Positions 35,575-44,398 of a DNA stretch of 55,351 bases are shown piece by piece (position 1 is the first letter of the stretch; every line of letters starts with the position of its first letter). Under the pieces are notes generated by a model. That model worked only from the letters and a program-made list of their open reading frames with translations, did no database searches and was not told where the DNA came from. Made by a program: the position numbers and the translations under genes. The stretch is from Candidatus Bipolaricaulota bacterium (lineage in GTDB: Bacteria > Bipolaricaulota > Bipolaricaulia > Bipolaricaulales > Bipolaricaulaceae), in assembly GCA_938083225.1 (NCBI GenBank), contig CALKCH010000016.1:1-55351 (forward strand), written 5' to 3'.

Positions 35575-35616
35575 CGGAAAAGGGCGGGGGAGGTTTCCCC
35601 TCCCCCGCCTGATTCC

Positions 35617-36789
35617 ATGATAAAACTTCCGTCTCATCTGCGCAGTAGAAGGTTTTGGGGGGAGACTGCGGAGGCTTACCTTTTCCTCCTCCCTACGCTA
35701 GTAGTGTTGGGCGTTTTCACGTTCTATCCCTTTGTGAACGCTTTCGTGTACAGCCTCTACGACATTCGCACCCGCACTGTTCCGGGACCTGTGGTTTACG
35801 TTCTTGAGGAAGGTCTTGATTCGTGGACGAACCTCCTTGCCCGGGGCCGGATCCCCGAGGATCTGGTGGCCCTGTTAGAGAAGCGCGGGGCCAAGCGAGA
35901 GGATCTTTGGGTTCGGCTGCGTCAGAGCGCCCGCTGGGTGTTGAAGGACGAGGGCAATAACCAAGAATACATCCTGATCAAAGAGGGGGACAAGCTCATT
36001 GCGTATCAAGCAACGACTCAATGGGCGTTGGACCCCGTGGGCTGGAGCAACTTTCGCCAAGCCTTTCGGGATCCGGACTTCACAAAGGCCTTGTTCAACA
36101 CCCTGAAATACGTGGGGATAAGCGTTCCCGCAACCCTGTTTTTGGCCTTGCTCCTTGCCACCCTTCTCAACCAAGCTCTGCTGGGGCGGGCCTTCTTTCG
36201 GCTCGTCAATTTTCTTCCTTATATCACCCCGGTTGTGGCCATCACTATGGTTTGGCAGTGGATTTACGATCGGGATCTTGGGCTTTTGAACTACATTGTC
36301 TCCGCCGTGGCCAGGTTATTTGGGACTAAAGCTAGTTTTTTTGACTGGCTCAATGACGCACGCCTTGCCCTGCCGGCCCTCATCATCATGAACGTTTGGC
36401 GGTTTGTGGGGTATCAAGCCCTTATCCTTTTGGCAGGCATGCAGGGCATTGACCGGGAGTACTACGAGGCGGCTCGGGTGGACGGCGCCAGCGGCTGGCA
36501 GGTTTGGCGTCGGATCACCATCCCCCTCCTCAGTCCCCAGATTTTCTTCGTGTTCATCATTTCCATGATCGGCTCGTTCAAAATCTTCGAGGAGGTCTAC
36601 ATCCTCTTCATGGGGCCTGGACCCCAGAAGTCCGCCCTCACCATTGTCTACTACGTGTTCACCAAGGCCTTCGACTCCGGCCATTATGGCCTGGCTTCTG
36701 CGGCCTCGGTGATCCTTTTCGCTATCATCTTTGCTCTCTCCCTCTTCCAACTCACCGTGGTGCAACGCCGCGTGCACTACGAACGATGA
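35617..36789 (+). CDS. CUT1-family ABC permease (MalF-like) with a large extracytoplasmic insert after TM1
   Basis: EAA loop EAARVDGASGWQVWRRITIPLLSP. An insert of about 110 aa (YDIRTRTVPGP...WSNFRQAF) lies between TM1 and TM2. Confidence 0.8.
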   Translation: MIKLPSHLRSRRFWGETAEAYLFLLPTLVVLGVFTFYPFVNAFVYSLYDIRTRTVPGPVVYVLEEGLDSWTNLLARGRIPEDLVALLEKRGAKREDLWVRLRQSARWVLKDEGNNQEYILIKEGDKLIAYQATTQWALDPVGWSNFRQAFRDPDFTKALFNTLKYVGISVPATLFLALLLATLLNQALLGRAFFRLVNFLPYITPVVAITMVWQWIYDRDLGLLNYIVSAVARLFGTKASFFDWLNDARLALPALIIMNVWRFVGYQALILLAGMQGIDREYYEAARVDGASGWQVWRRITIPLLSPQIFFVFIISMIGSFKIFEEVYILFMGPGPQKSALTIVYYVFTKAFDSGHYGLASAASVILFAIIFALSLFQLTVVQRRVHYER

Positions 36790-37619
36790 ACGAGACGAAA
36801 ATGTCGCGAAAAGTTCTGCTTTTGGGTGCTCTTTTCCTGGTCCTCGCTTGGGGCTGGGCTCAGCCCCCGGAGGGCGCTTTTCCTGCGCGCATCATGCGCT
36901 GGCGGGACGGGGATACTGCCGAAATCCGCGTGCTCGGCGATCCGCCCAGTGGCGTAAGCAGGTACGAAACCGTCCGTCTTTTGGGGATCAACGCCCCCGA
37001 GGTGGGCGAACCTTGGTCCGAGGAGGCCACCCGGTTCTTCCGCACCCTCACCATGGGTAAAACCGTGTACGTAGAGCTCAGCCCCTGGGAGCGCCGGGAT
37101 TTACACAGCCGGCTTTTAGCTTACCTTTGGGTGGAGACGGACCGAGGTTGGGTCCTGGTGAACGAGGAACTTTTGCGGCAGGGGCTGGCGCGCCTCCTCG
37201 TCTATTACCCGGAGCGCGAAGCCTACTACTGCCAGTTTTTGCACGCCTCAGTCGAGGCCCAAATGGAGGGCCGCGGGCTTTGGGAAAGCGCCAGCTCTCC
37301 TCTGTCGTTGGAGCAAATCGAGGCCGATCGCGTGCGCTATGTGAACCAGGCGGTCACTGTGGTGCTGGAGGTCTCCCGCGTGGGCCGGGATCAGTTGGGC
37401 TGGTCCCTGTGGGCTAGCAAGAGCAAGTATGGTCTTCGGGTTGTCCTCAAGCCGGAGATGTGCCGAGATTTCTGGAACTTGGAGGCCTTTGACCCCGGGG
37501 CTTGGGTAGGACGCCGGATCTTGATCACGGGGGAGCTGCTGTGGGATAGTCTCCGCGGCGGCCCGCGCATCGAAGTGTGGTTTCCTGAGCAAGTAAGGCT
37601 ATGGGAGGAAGAGCCATGA
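36786..37619 (+). CDS. secreted thermonuclease (SNase) homolog with C-terminal OB-like domain
   Basis: ATGA overlap with the permease gene. Signal peptide MNETKMSRKVLLLGALFLVLAWG. SNase motifs: DGDTAEIRV, VRLLGINAPE, LLAYLWV, GLARLLVYYPE, GRGLW. Confidence 0.8.
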   Translation: MNETKMSRKVLLLGALFLVLAWGWAQPPEGAFPARIMRWRDGDTAEIRVLGDPPSGVSRYETVRLLGINAPEVGEPWSEEATRFFRTLTMGKTVYVELSPWERRDLHSRLLAYLWVETDRGWVLVNEELLRQGLARLLVYYPEREAYYCQFLHASVEAQMEGRGLWESASSPLSLEQIEADRVRYVNQAVTVVLEVSRVGRDQLGWSLWASKSKYGLRVVLKPEMCRDFWNLEAFDPGAWVGRRILITGELLWDSLRGGPRIEVWFPEQVRLWEEEP

Positions 37620-38767
37620 AAGCTTTGGTCCTTGTGCTCCTCTGGGCGTTTTCCCTCTTTGGGACCCCTCTCCTCTACGGGCCCTGGACAGGCGCGCCTG
37701 AAGCCAATGCCATCGCGGTGAGCTGGGCCGCGAGTCCTCCTGCCCCCGCCATCGTGGAATACGCACCCCTCGCGGAGTACCTCCGTTCCTCGAGCTTCAC
37801 CCATCGCGTGAGTTATACCCCAACGACTTCAGACACCAAGGAAATCGTGCACCTTCGCCTCACCGACCTTTCTCCGTCCACCTGGTACGTCTATCGTCTG
37901 GTTTTTGAGGATGGCTCGGAAGGCCCTATCGGCACGTTCCGCACCGTGTCTTTTTCGGGCGAGCCCGTTCTGTTCGGGGTGATCTCCGACACCCAGTGGC
38001 AGTGGACCGGGCCCAATCGCGTGGAACTCGTGGCCTCTGCCATGAGCCTCGATCCGTGGCCGTTCCACTTCGTGTTGCACGCCGGCGACCTGGTGGAAAC
38101 CCCGATTCCCTCTCACTGGGAGTTTTTCTTCCGTTCCGTGGCTCCGATCCTACGCTGGTCTCCCTTCCTCTCGGTTTTGGGCAACCACGAGCGGGATAGC
38201 GTTAGCTACTATCAGCACTTTGCCCTCCCACCAGGTGGAGGAAGACTGGGGAAGCGTTGGTGGGCTTTGCACTATGGCGACGTGGTGGTGGTGGGCTTGG
38301 ACTCCAACGCCCGCTCGCCCCAAGATTACCATGACCAGCTCCAGTGGGCCAAAGAGCATCTCTCCGGGCCCGAGCCCCACAAAATCGTGATTTTCCATCA
38401 TCCCGTGTTCTCCTCAGACGCTACCTACGGTCCAGGGGCTGAGGGGCTCCAAAAACTTTGGCATCCCGTGTTTGCCGAACTGGGGGTAGACCTCGTGTTC
38501 AGCGGCCACGCCCACAATTACGAGCGGATTGAGCGCGACGGGGTCACCTACCTCGTGGTGGGCGGAGGCGGAGCTTATTTGTACTCGCTCTCCCCCACCA
38601 GAGTGGAGGGTTCCCGAGTCGGTGTAGAGGGGTGGCACTTCTACGTGGCTGTGCGCGCCGATGCCCAAGGAATCTCGGTACGAGTTGTAGGAGTCGGGGT
38701 GATAAAAGACCAGGAAGTTATCCCTCAAATCCGCGTTTTGGACGCCTTTTCCCTACCCCGAGATTAA
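37616..38767 (+). CDS. secreted metallophosphoesterase, purple-acid-phosphatase-like
   Basis: ATGA overlap with the nuclease gene and a signal peptide. An N-terminal Fn3-like segment (VSWAASPPAPAIVEY...WYVYRL) is followed by VISDTQ, HAGDLV, GNHE, IFHHP and GHAHNYER. Confidence 0.8.
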   Translation: MKALVLVLLWAFSLFGTPLLYGPWTGAPEANAIAVSWAASPPAPAIVEYAPLAEYLRSSSFTHRVSYTPTTSDTKEIVHLRLTDLSPSTWYVYRLVFEDGSEGPIGTFRTVSFSGEPVLFGVISDTQWQWTGPNRVELVASAMSLDPWPFHFVLHAGDLVETPIPSHWEFFFRSVAPILRWSPFLSVLGNHERDSVSYYQHFALPPGGGRLGKRWWALHYGDVVVVGLDSNARSPQDYHDQLQWAKEHLSGPEPHKIVIFHHPVFSSDATYGPGAEGLQKLWHPVFAELGVDLVFSGHAHNYERIERDGVTYLVVGGGGAYLYSLSPTRVEGSRVGVEGWHFYVAVRADAQGISVRVVGVGVIKDQEVIPQIRVLDAFSLPRD

Positions 38768-38768
38768 T

Positions 38769-38845
38769 TGGTCGGAGCGACCGGATTTGAACCGGTGACC
38801 TCTGGCCCCCCATGCCAGCGCGCTGCCAGGCTGCGCTACGCTCCG
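38769..38845 (-). tRNA. tRNA-Pro (anticodon GGG)
   Basis: The reverse complement folds as CGGAGCG/TA/GCGC-AGCCTGGCA-GCGC/G/CTGGC-ATGGGGG-GCCAG/AGGTC/ACCGG-TTCAAAT-CCGGT/CGCTCCG/A/CCA. All stems are perfect and CCA is encoded. Confidence 0.95.
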
Positions 38846-38959
38846 CCACCCTAATCCTACTGCTTTTCCACTCCTTCGCCAATGTCCCTCTCAGGATTGC
38901 CCCAAAGTTTCTTACCGGCTAAGCCTCTTGTCACTCTCTTCGCGCGTTAAACTACATCT

Positions 38960-39553
38960 ATGCCGCTTTTCACCTTGGGTCATTCCACCCGCAGCCTCCC
39001 TGCGTTCCTGCACCTCTTGAAAACCTATGGAATCGAAACTTTGGTGGATATCCGCTCTTTTCCTTCCTCCAAGCGATTCCCCCATTTCAATGGAGAAGCG
39101 CTGGCCAAGACCCTACCTGCTCAGGGCATCGAGTATGTCTGGCTCGGCAGGGAACTGGGCGGCTATCGAAAAAAGGGCTTGGGCCAAGCTTCCCCAAACA
39201 AAGCCTGGGGTTCCCCGGGATTTCGGAACTACGCGGATCACATGCTCACCGAAGACTTCCAGCGGGGTGTCTCCAAAGTCCTTCGCCTTGCTCAAGAGAA
39301 AAACGTGGCCCTCATGTGTGCGGAGCGACTTTGGTGGCGCTGCCACCGCCGGCTTCTTTCGGATTGGCTTGTGGCCCACGGCCACCGCGTGGTCCACATT
39401 GTGGATCTGGGAGAGACTGTAGAACACCGTCTTTCCCCGTTCGCCCGGGTCGCGGATGGTCGTGTAATCTATCCCAGAGAAGGATTATGGAACCATGGGT
39501 GCGGGAAGGCCTCCTGCAGGAAAAGCTTCCGGGCGGGAAAGCGCGGTGCCTGA
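38960..39553 (+). CDS. DUF488-family protein
   Basis: LFTLGHSTRSLPAFLHLLKTYGIETLVDIRSFPSSKRFPHFN and ALMCAERLWWRCHRRLL are typical DUF488 motifs. The 3' end overlaps the next gene by 67 nt. Confidence 0.75.
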   Translation: MPLFTLGHSTRSLPAFLHLLKTYGIETLVDIRSFPSSKRFPHFNGEALAKTLPAQGIEYVWLGRELGGYRKKGLGQASPNKAWGSPGFRNYADHMLTEDFQRGVSKVLRLAQEKNVALMCAERLWWRCHRRLLSDWLVAHGHRVVHIVDLGETVEHRLSPFARVADGRVIYPREGLWNHGCGKASCRKSFRAGKRGA

Positions 39554-40515
39554 CTTGCGCCCGCCGCTGTGTCCTGGCCCCAGGCCAGCAGGGATTCTGT
39601 AAAACCCGCGAAAACCGCAAGGGCAAGATATTTACCCTCGTCTATGGCCTTCTTTCCGCAATCTCCGTCAACCCCATGGAGAAGAAACCCTTCTATCACT
39701 TTTACCCCGGGAATTTGGCTCTTACCGCGGGCACTTGGTCTTGTAACTTCACTTGTCCCTGGTGCCAGAACTGGGAGATCACGAAGAAACCTCCGGACCC
39801 GGACGCGGGCTGCGGATACGTCTCTCCGGAAGAGTTCGTGCGGTTGGCCCAGGAGCAGGGCTGCCAAGGGGTGAGCTTAAGCTTCAACGAGCCCACCCTC
39901 CTTTTGGAATGGGCGGTAGATCTTTTCCCCTTAGCGCGGCGGGTTGGGCTCCACACCTCCTTCGTCACCAACGGCTATCTGAGCGAAGAGGCTTTGGAGG
40001 CCGTAGTGGCCGCAGGTTTGGACGGGGCCAATGTGGATTGGAAGGGCGGACTAGAAGCCGTGAGAAATTTTTGTAGCGGGGATTCAGAAGTGGTGGTACG
40101 AAACTCTAAGCTCCTTTGGAGCCACGGCGTACACGTGGAAATCACCACCCTGGTCATACCCGGCGTCAATGACAGCCCAGAAGACCTGCGCCTCTTGGCT
40201 ACGCGCATTGTGGAGGAGCTGGGGCCCACCACGCCCTGGCATGTGACCCGGTACTTTCCAGCCTATCGTTTCCGTGCGCCGCCCACGCCCATCTCCACCC
40301 TGGAGATGGCCAAAGACGTAGGGGAAGCCGCAGGGCTTCGCTTCGTTTATGTGGGCAACGTTCCCGGGCATGCCGGGCAAAACACATATTGTCCAGCTTG
40401 CCGCGCTCTCCTCCTCGAACGAGACGGGGTACAGCTGGTGAAGTCTTACCTCCAGGGCCACGTGTGCCCACGCTGCCGGGAACCCATACCCCTTCGGGGG
40501 CAGCCCCGGGTGTGA
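39487..40515 (+). CDS. AmmeMemoRadiSam-system-type radical SAM enzyme
   Basis: ATG 39487 follows GAAGGA. N-terminal KARCLTCARRCVLAPGQQGFC, radical-SAM motif CNFTCPWCQNW, and a C-terminal CPAC...CPRC pair. Confidence 0.8.
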   Translation: MEPWVREGLLQEKLPGGKARCLTCARRCVLAPGQQGFCKTRENRKGKIFTLVYGLLSAISVNPMEKKPFYHFYPGNLALTAGTWSCNFTCPWCQNWEITKKPPDPDAGCGYVSPEEFVRLAQEQGCQGVSLSFNEPTLLLEWAVDLFPLARRVGLHTSFVTNGYLSEEALEAVVAAGLDGANVDWKGGLEAVRNFCSGDSEVVVRNSKLLWSHGVHVEITTLVIPGVNDSPEDLRLLATRIVEELGPTTPWHVTRYFPAYRFRAPPTPISTLEMAKDVGEAAGLRFVYVGNVPGHAGQNTYCPACRALLLERDGVQLVKSYLQGHVCPRCREPIPLRGQPRV

Positions 40516-40565
40516 CAAAAACTCCCTTCCTTTGTAGGGAAGGGAGTTGTGCTAACTCGCCTGCC

Positions 40566-41072
40566 TCAGAAGAAAATGACCCAAACCAGGGCGGCCAATC
40601 CCAGGATGACACCGGTGAGGCCGAGCACCACGCCCAGCTGTGCTTTCTGGGCCACTTCTCCACCCTGCCCCACCGACTGTTGGAGAGCGTTGACCCGTGC
40701 GGACAGGGTGGAGATATCCGCTCGCAGGGTGCTGAGGTCTGAGGAGAGGCTACGCATTTGGTTTTCCAAAGAGGTGAGACGGGGGGTGAGATCAGTAGCT
40801 GCGGAGATTTTGGCCTCGATGTTCTTTATGGCCCGGTCCAGCCAAACCGCGGCATCATAGCGGAGCAGCGGCTGATCGCCCATGAACTGCCCGCTGGCCG
40901 TGGGCACAAGGATCCCCCGCGTGAGCAGGTTTTGCACAGAGGAATAGGCCGGGTGGCTCTTCGGCACGTCAATGAACGAGCCTCCGGTTATACCAGCGTC
41001 GGCCAGGCCAGGGGTAAGTCCCCAAACAGACACTAACCCCAACGCAACCACCGCTAAAAGTAATCTGCGCAT
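40566..41072 (-). CDS. SLH-domain / coiled-coil protein with C-terminal transmembrane anchor
   Basis: A signal peptide is followed by FIDVPKSHPAYSSVQNLLTRGILVP...LLRYDAAVWLDRAI (SLH pattern). A heptad-rich segment comes next (LTSLENQMRSLSSDLSTLRADISTLSARVNALQQSV). The C-terminal TM segment is LGVVLGLTGVILGLAALVWVIFF. Confidence 0.65.
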   Translation of the reverse strand: MRRLLLAVVALGLVSVWGLTPGLADAGITGGSFIDVPKSHPAYSSVQNLLTRGILVPTASGQFMGDQPLLRYDAAVWLDRAIKNIEAKISAATDLTPRLTSLENQMRSLSSDLSTLRADISTLSARVNALQQSVGQGGEVAQKAQLGVVLGLTGVILGLAALVWVIFF

Positions 41073-41203
41073 CGTTCCATCGCCTCCTTAGCTGGACACG
41101 CTTGACCCAAGGGTAGGGACTGAGTTGGAGCGGAAACAAGGAAGCTCGGCCTTAGGGTGAAGGACGCCTGTTCCCTGGGACGGGCCCGCGTGGCCGCGTA
41201 AGC

Positions 41204-41698
41204 CTAGCCCACGGACTGATTCTGAGCGTAGCGAGCTTGAGCGCGGCGGATAAGGTCCCAGGCCTCGATTCTTCCCCGCCAGCCCATGATCTCCGTGGCT
41301 TTCTCCTCCAACGTTTTGTACACGGTGAAGAAGTGCTCGATTTCCAAAAGGAGGTGGCGCGGTAGTCCTCCGAGGTCCTCCACCTCGGCGAACCGGGGAT
41401 CCACCGCAGGCACCGCCAAGATTTTTTGGTCGGGGCCGCGTTCATCCTGCATGTCCAACACTCCTACGGGCCGTATTGGCACGATGCATCCCGGAAAAGT
41501 TGGCTCGTAAGTGACGATGAGGACATCCAGAGCGTCCTCATCCTCCGCCCGGGTGTTGAGGATAAAGCCATAATCCGCGGGATAGTGGAGAGGGGAATAG
41601 AGCACGCGGTCCAGACGTATACGCCGCTGGGTTTTGTCAAACTCGTACTTATTCCGGCTTCCCTTGGGAATTTCCACCAACGCTTCCACCCACTCCAT
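41204..41698 (-). CDS. ppa: inorganic pyrophosphatase (family I)
   Basis: VEIPKGSRNKYEFDK, YPADYGFI, EDEDALDVL, DDKI-like segment. Length is 164 aa. Confidence 0.95.
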   Translation of the reverse strand: MEWVEALVEIPKGSRNKYEFDKTQRRIRLDRVLYSPLHYPADYGFILNTRAEDEDALDVLIVTYEPTFPGCIVPIRPVGVLDMQDERGPDQKILAVPAVDPRFAEVEDLGGLPRHLLLEIEHFFTVYKTLEEKATEIMGWRGRIEAWDLIRRAQARYAQNQSVG

Positions 41699-41958
41699 GG
41701 TGTCCCTCCTTCCCTGCCCATCATGTTAAGCTGGGAAAGGACTGTGGTCAGCTCCTCAATTTTTACGGCGACACTCCATAGAGCTGGCTGCGCTCGCGAA
41801 TCGGTGTCTCCCCAAAGAACTTGCAACGCGCCGGTTCTCCCGGTGGCGAAGGGGAAACTTTGGGCACAAGGGGAAGGTAGCCCATATTACCTGGGGAGAG
41901 GACATTAGCCCTGGCTCCGATCAGACCAGGACCGTAGAGTTTGTGGATGGTGATGAGC

Positions 41959-42708
41959 ATGAGATGGCGCATAGCGCTGGTCCTTTTGGCTTGGGCCACG
42001 GGAGGATTGGCCGAAGTGGTGACCCGCGGGCCAATCCTCATCCATTCCGTGGAAGACCTTCTTGGTCTGGCTTCGGGTTTGGGCACCATAGCTTCACCGT
42101 TCGTCATCGAGGGGCTGCGCGTGGACGCCGAGGGTGAACCCTTTGGCATCCTCATCAGTAACACCAGTGTTCCCCTCATCTTGCGCAACCTCGAGATCTA
42201 CGGAGCTTCTGTAGCAGCGATAAGGCTTCAAAACGTGCAAAACCTGGTGATGGAAAACGTGCTGGTCCGCGGATCGCTCACGGGGATCCTCGTGGGAGGA
42301 AGCAAAAACATTGTGGTGAAAGAAACCCGTGTGGAAAACTGCGCGGACGGGATCCGCCTCATGTTCTCCGCGGAAATTACGCTACACAAGGTGGGCGTAA
42401 GGAAGACAGGGGTGGGAATCTGGCTACAAGGAACTCGCGCTTCCACCATCACGGCCTCGGTGATTGAACTGAACGGACTCGGCCTCCTTTTAGAACTCGA
42501 GAGCACGGGAAACATCGTGTCGAAGAACGCGTTCCTCGGTAATCACGTGCACGCCCAGTCTTGCGGGAAGAACCAGTTCGACGACGGCCAAAACGGCAAT
42601 TTTTGGGAGGGTTTTTCGGCAACGGACAAGGACGGCGATGGCATATTCGACGAGGCTTATCTCATTGGCCCAGATGCAGACCGATTCCCGCTGTGTTCCC
42701 TCCCGTGA
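41959..42708 (+). CDS. secreted right-handed parallel beta-helix repeat (NosD/CASH-like) protein
   Basis: Signal peptide MRWRIALVLLAWATGGLAEV. Repeated ~22-aa units follow (N.xV.xxxV.G...GI.L). The C-terminus contains DKDGDGIFDEAY. The start among several in-frame ATG/GTG codons (41941-41959) is uncertain. Confidence 0.65.
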   Translation: MRWRIALVLLAWATGGLAEVVTRGPILIHSVEDLLGLASGLGTIASPFVIEGLRVDAEGEPFGILISNTSVPLILRNLEIYGASVAAIRLQNVQNLVMENVLVRGSLTGILVGGSKNIVVKETRVENCADGIRLMFSAEITLHKVGVRKTGVGIWLQGTRASTITASVIELNGLGLLLELESTGNIVSKNAFLGNHVHAQSCGKNQFDDGQNGNFWEGFSATDKDGDGIFDEAYLIGPDADRFPLCSLP

Positions 42709-43136
42709 GGGCCGTGGATTTCCCGAGCCCAGGCCCGCAGCACCCACCAGACCAGGACTAGGCCGGCCATCAGAGCCCAAAAATTAAGGGAAAAGCGGAG
42801 GAAAGAGACACAGACGCCGAGGGCTACGCCTGTGCCCACCACTCCGACCGACCACAAAAACCCGTACCCACGAATACGCCAACTCGGATGGTCCCAGGCG
42901 AAGAGGGCCATCCCCAGCACGCCGAGCCCGCCCAAGAGATTCCCACTCCAAGCGCAAAGGACTGCCAGGGCCACTAATCCCAGGAATCCCAAGACCAGGA
43001 AGGCTCTGCGTTTGAGCCAAATCCCGCTGGCCCAAAGGAGGGGCAGGGCCAAGACGGAGGTCCAGACCGGATGAGCCGGCCGACCCTGGCCCAGCCAGCC
43101 CAAGACCAAAGCGAAAAGGAGAACGAGGAGGCTCAT
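42657..43136 (-). CDS. hypothetical integral membrane protein (about 5 TM)
   Basis: ATGA overlap with the DUF58 gene stop. Strongly hydrophobic, with no recognised motif. Confidence 0.5.
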   Translation of the reverse strand: MSLLVLLFALVLGWLGQGRPAHPVWTSVLALPLLWASGIWLKRRAFLVLGFLGLVALAVLCAWSGNLLGGLGVLGMALFAWDHPSWRIRGYGFLWSVGVVGTGVALGVCVSFLRFSLNFWALMAGLVLVWWVLRAWAREIHGPHGREHSGNRSASGPMR

Positions 43137-44398
43137 ACGTACACCCCGGGCCACAGTCTCCGCAAAAGCGAAGCCAGAGGACGCCTAACATCCCATACCA
43201 CCACGAAAACTCTGCCTCGCCGCAGCCGGCGAAGAAGGGTCCAGCGTTCCAGAGCCAGGATTTTCCGAGCCATCTCGGCCTCAGGAGTGTCCTGGAATTC
43301 CCGGAGCTCCAGAGAGCTTAGGTCCGGGAGAATCACGGCCACCCGGTATCCCCGGGCCACAAGTTTTCCCAGTGTCTCCTCGTCGCCAGGAATGAGGGGG
43401 GACACGAAAAGGAGGAGCGAACCCGCGGGCAAAAGCCGGGTGGGAAGGTGGTCCAGTTCCCCGAAGATTTCGGACTCCCCCAGCTCGGCCTTAGCCAATT
43501 CCCGAAGGATTCGTTCCCCGTGGCGCCGGCCGTAGCCCGGGAAGACCCAGTCCAGATAAGCACCGTACTTGAGGAGAGCCACCCGGTGTCCTTGGCGCAG
43601 GTAGAATTGGGCCAGGGCTGCAGCCGCTCGCACCGCATGGTCAAACAGTTCTTTGGCGAAGCCTCGATAAGCGCGCGCCCGCACATCCAGTACCACCGCC
43701 ACCTCCGCCACCCGCTCCTCCTCAAATTCCACCACCACGGGCTCGTCCCTGCGAGCCATGGCCTTCCACGCCAAGCGCCGGATCTCCTCCCCAGGCCGGT
43801 ATTCCCGTACGCCATGGAATTCCAAACCTATTCCGCCTCGGTGGGCGCGGACTGTTCCCGGCATGGCCAGCGTGCGCCGCGCAGGCAATTCCAAACGGGA
43901 GAGATCCTCATACCGGGGAAGAACCCAAATCTCTGAAGGGCACGGGAGTTCTAGCCGCCAAGGGGCCAAACCCAGAGGGTCGCGCACTTCGACCGTCACC
44001 CCCGGGAGCCGATGGACGCCGCGGGCTGGCTGGACTTCATAGGAGATGACCAGGGATTGGCTGGGGCGAAGGGCAGCCGCCGTATGGGGTTGGCCCCTCA
44101 CCACCGCAAATCCCGTATAAGGACCATCACGCACGACTAGATCGAGCTTCCTCTTCCCTTGGTTTTCCACTTCCACTTGGACCTGCACCGAACCGCCCTC
44201 CACCAACCGCCGCGGCTCCACCACACGTCGCACGCGCAAAAGGCCCCGTGGATCTGGGGGAGCGAAAGCCAGCCCTATTGTGAGATGCCAGGCCACCGGG
44301 ATAGCCAAGACCAAAAGAGCCGGGTGCCGCAGGGCTAGACCCGAGCCGAGGAGGAGAAGGAGGACCAAAAATTCCCACGAAGCTTTGGGACTGATCAT
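43133..44398 (-). CDS. DUF58 domain protein (MoxR-associated, vWA-like)
   Basis: ATGA overlap with the moxR stop. N-terminal TM pair. DUF58 core VREYRPGEEIRRLAWKAMARRDEPVVVEFEEER. Confidence 0.75.
   Translation of the reverse strand: MISPKASWEFLVLLLLLGSGLALRHPALLVLAIPVAWHLTIGLAFAPPDPRGLLRVRRVVEPRRLVEGGSVQVQVEVENQGKRKLDLVVRDGPYTGFAVVRGQPHTAAALRPSQSLVISYEVQPARGVHRLPGVTVEVRDPLGLAPWRLELPCPSEIWVLPRYEDLSRLELPARRTLAMPGTVRAHRGGIGLEFHGVREYRPGEEIRRLAWKAMARRDEPVVVEFEEERVAEVAVVLDVRARAYRGFAKELFDHAVRAAAALAQFYLRQGHRVALLKYGAYLDWVFPGYGRRHGERILRELAKAELGESEIFGELDHLPTRLLPAGSLLLFVSPLIPGDEETLGKLVARGYRVAVILPDLSSLELREFQDTPEAEMARKILALERWTLLRRLRRGRVFVVVWDVRRPLASLLRRLWPGVYV

Noticed and set aside
34414-35637. 407-aa ORF on the minus strand
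   Set aside because: It is antisense to the well-supported CUT1 solute-binding protein gene. Its composition is not protein-like and it has no motifs.
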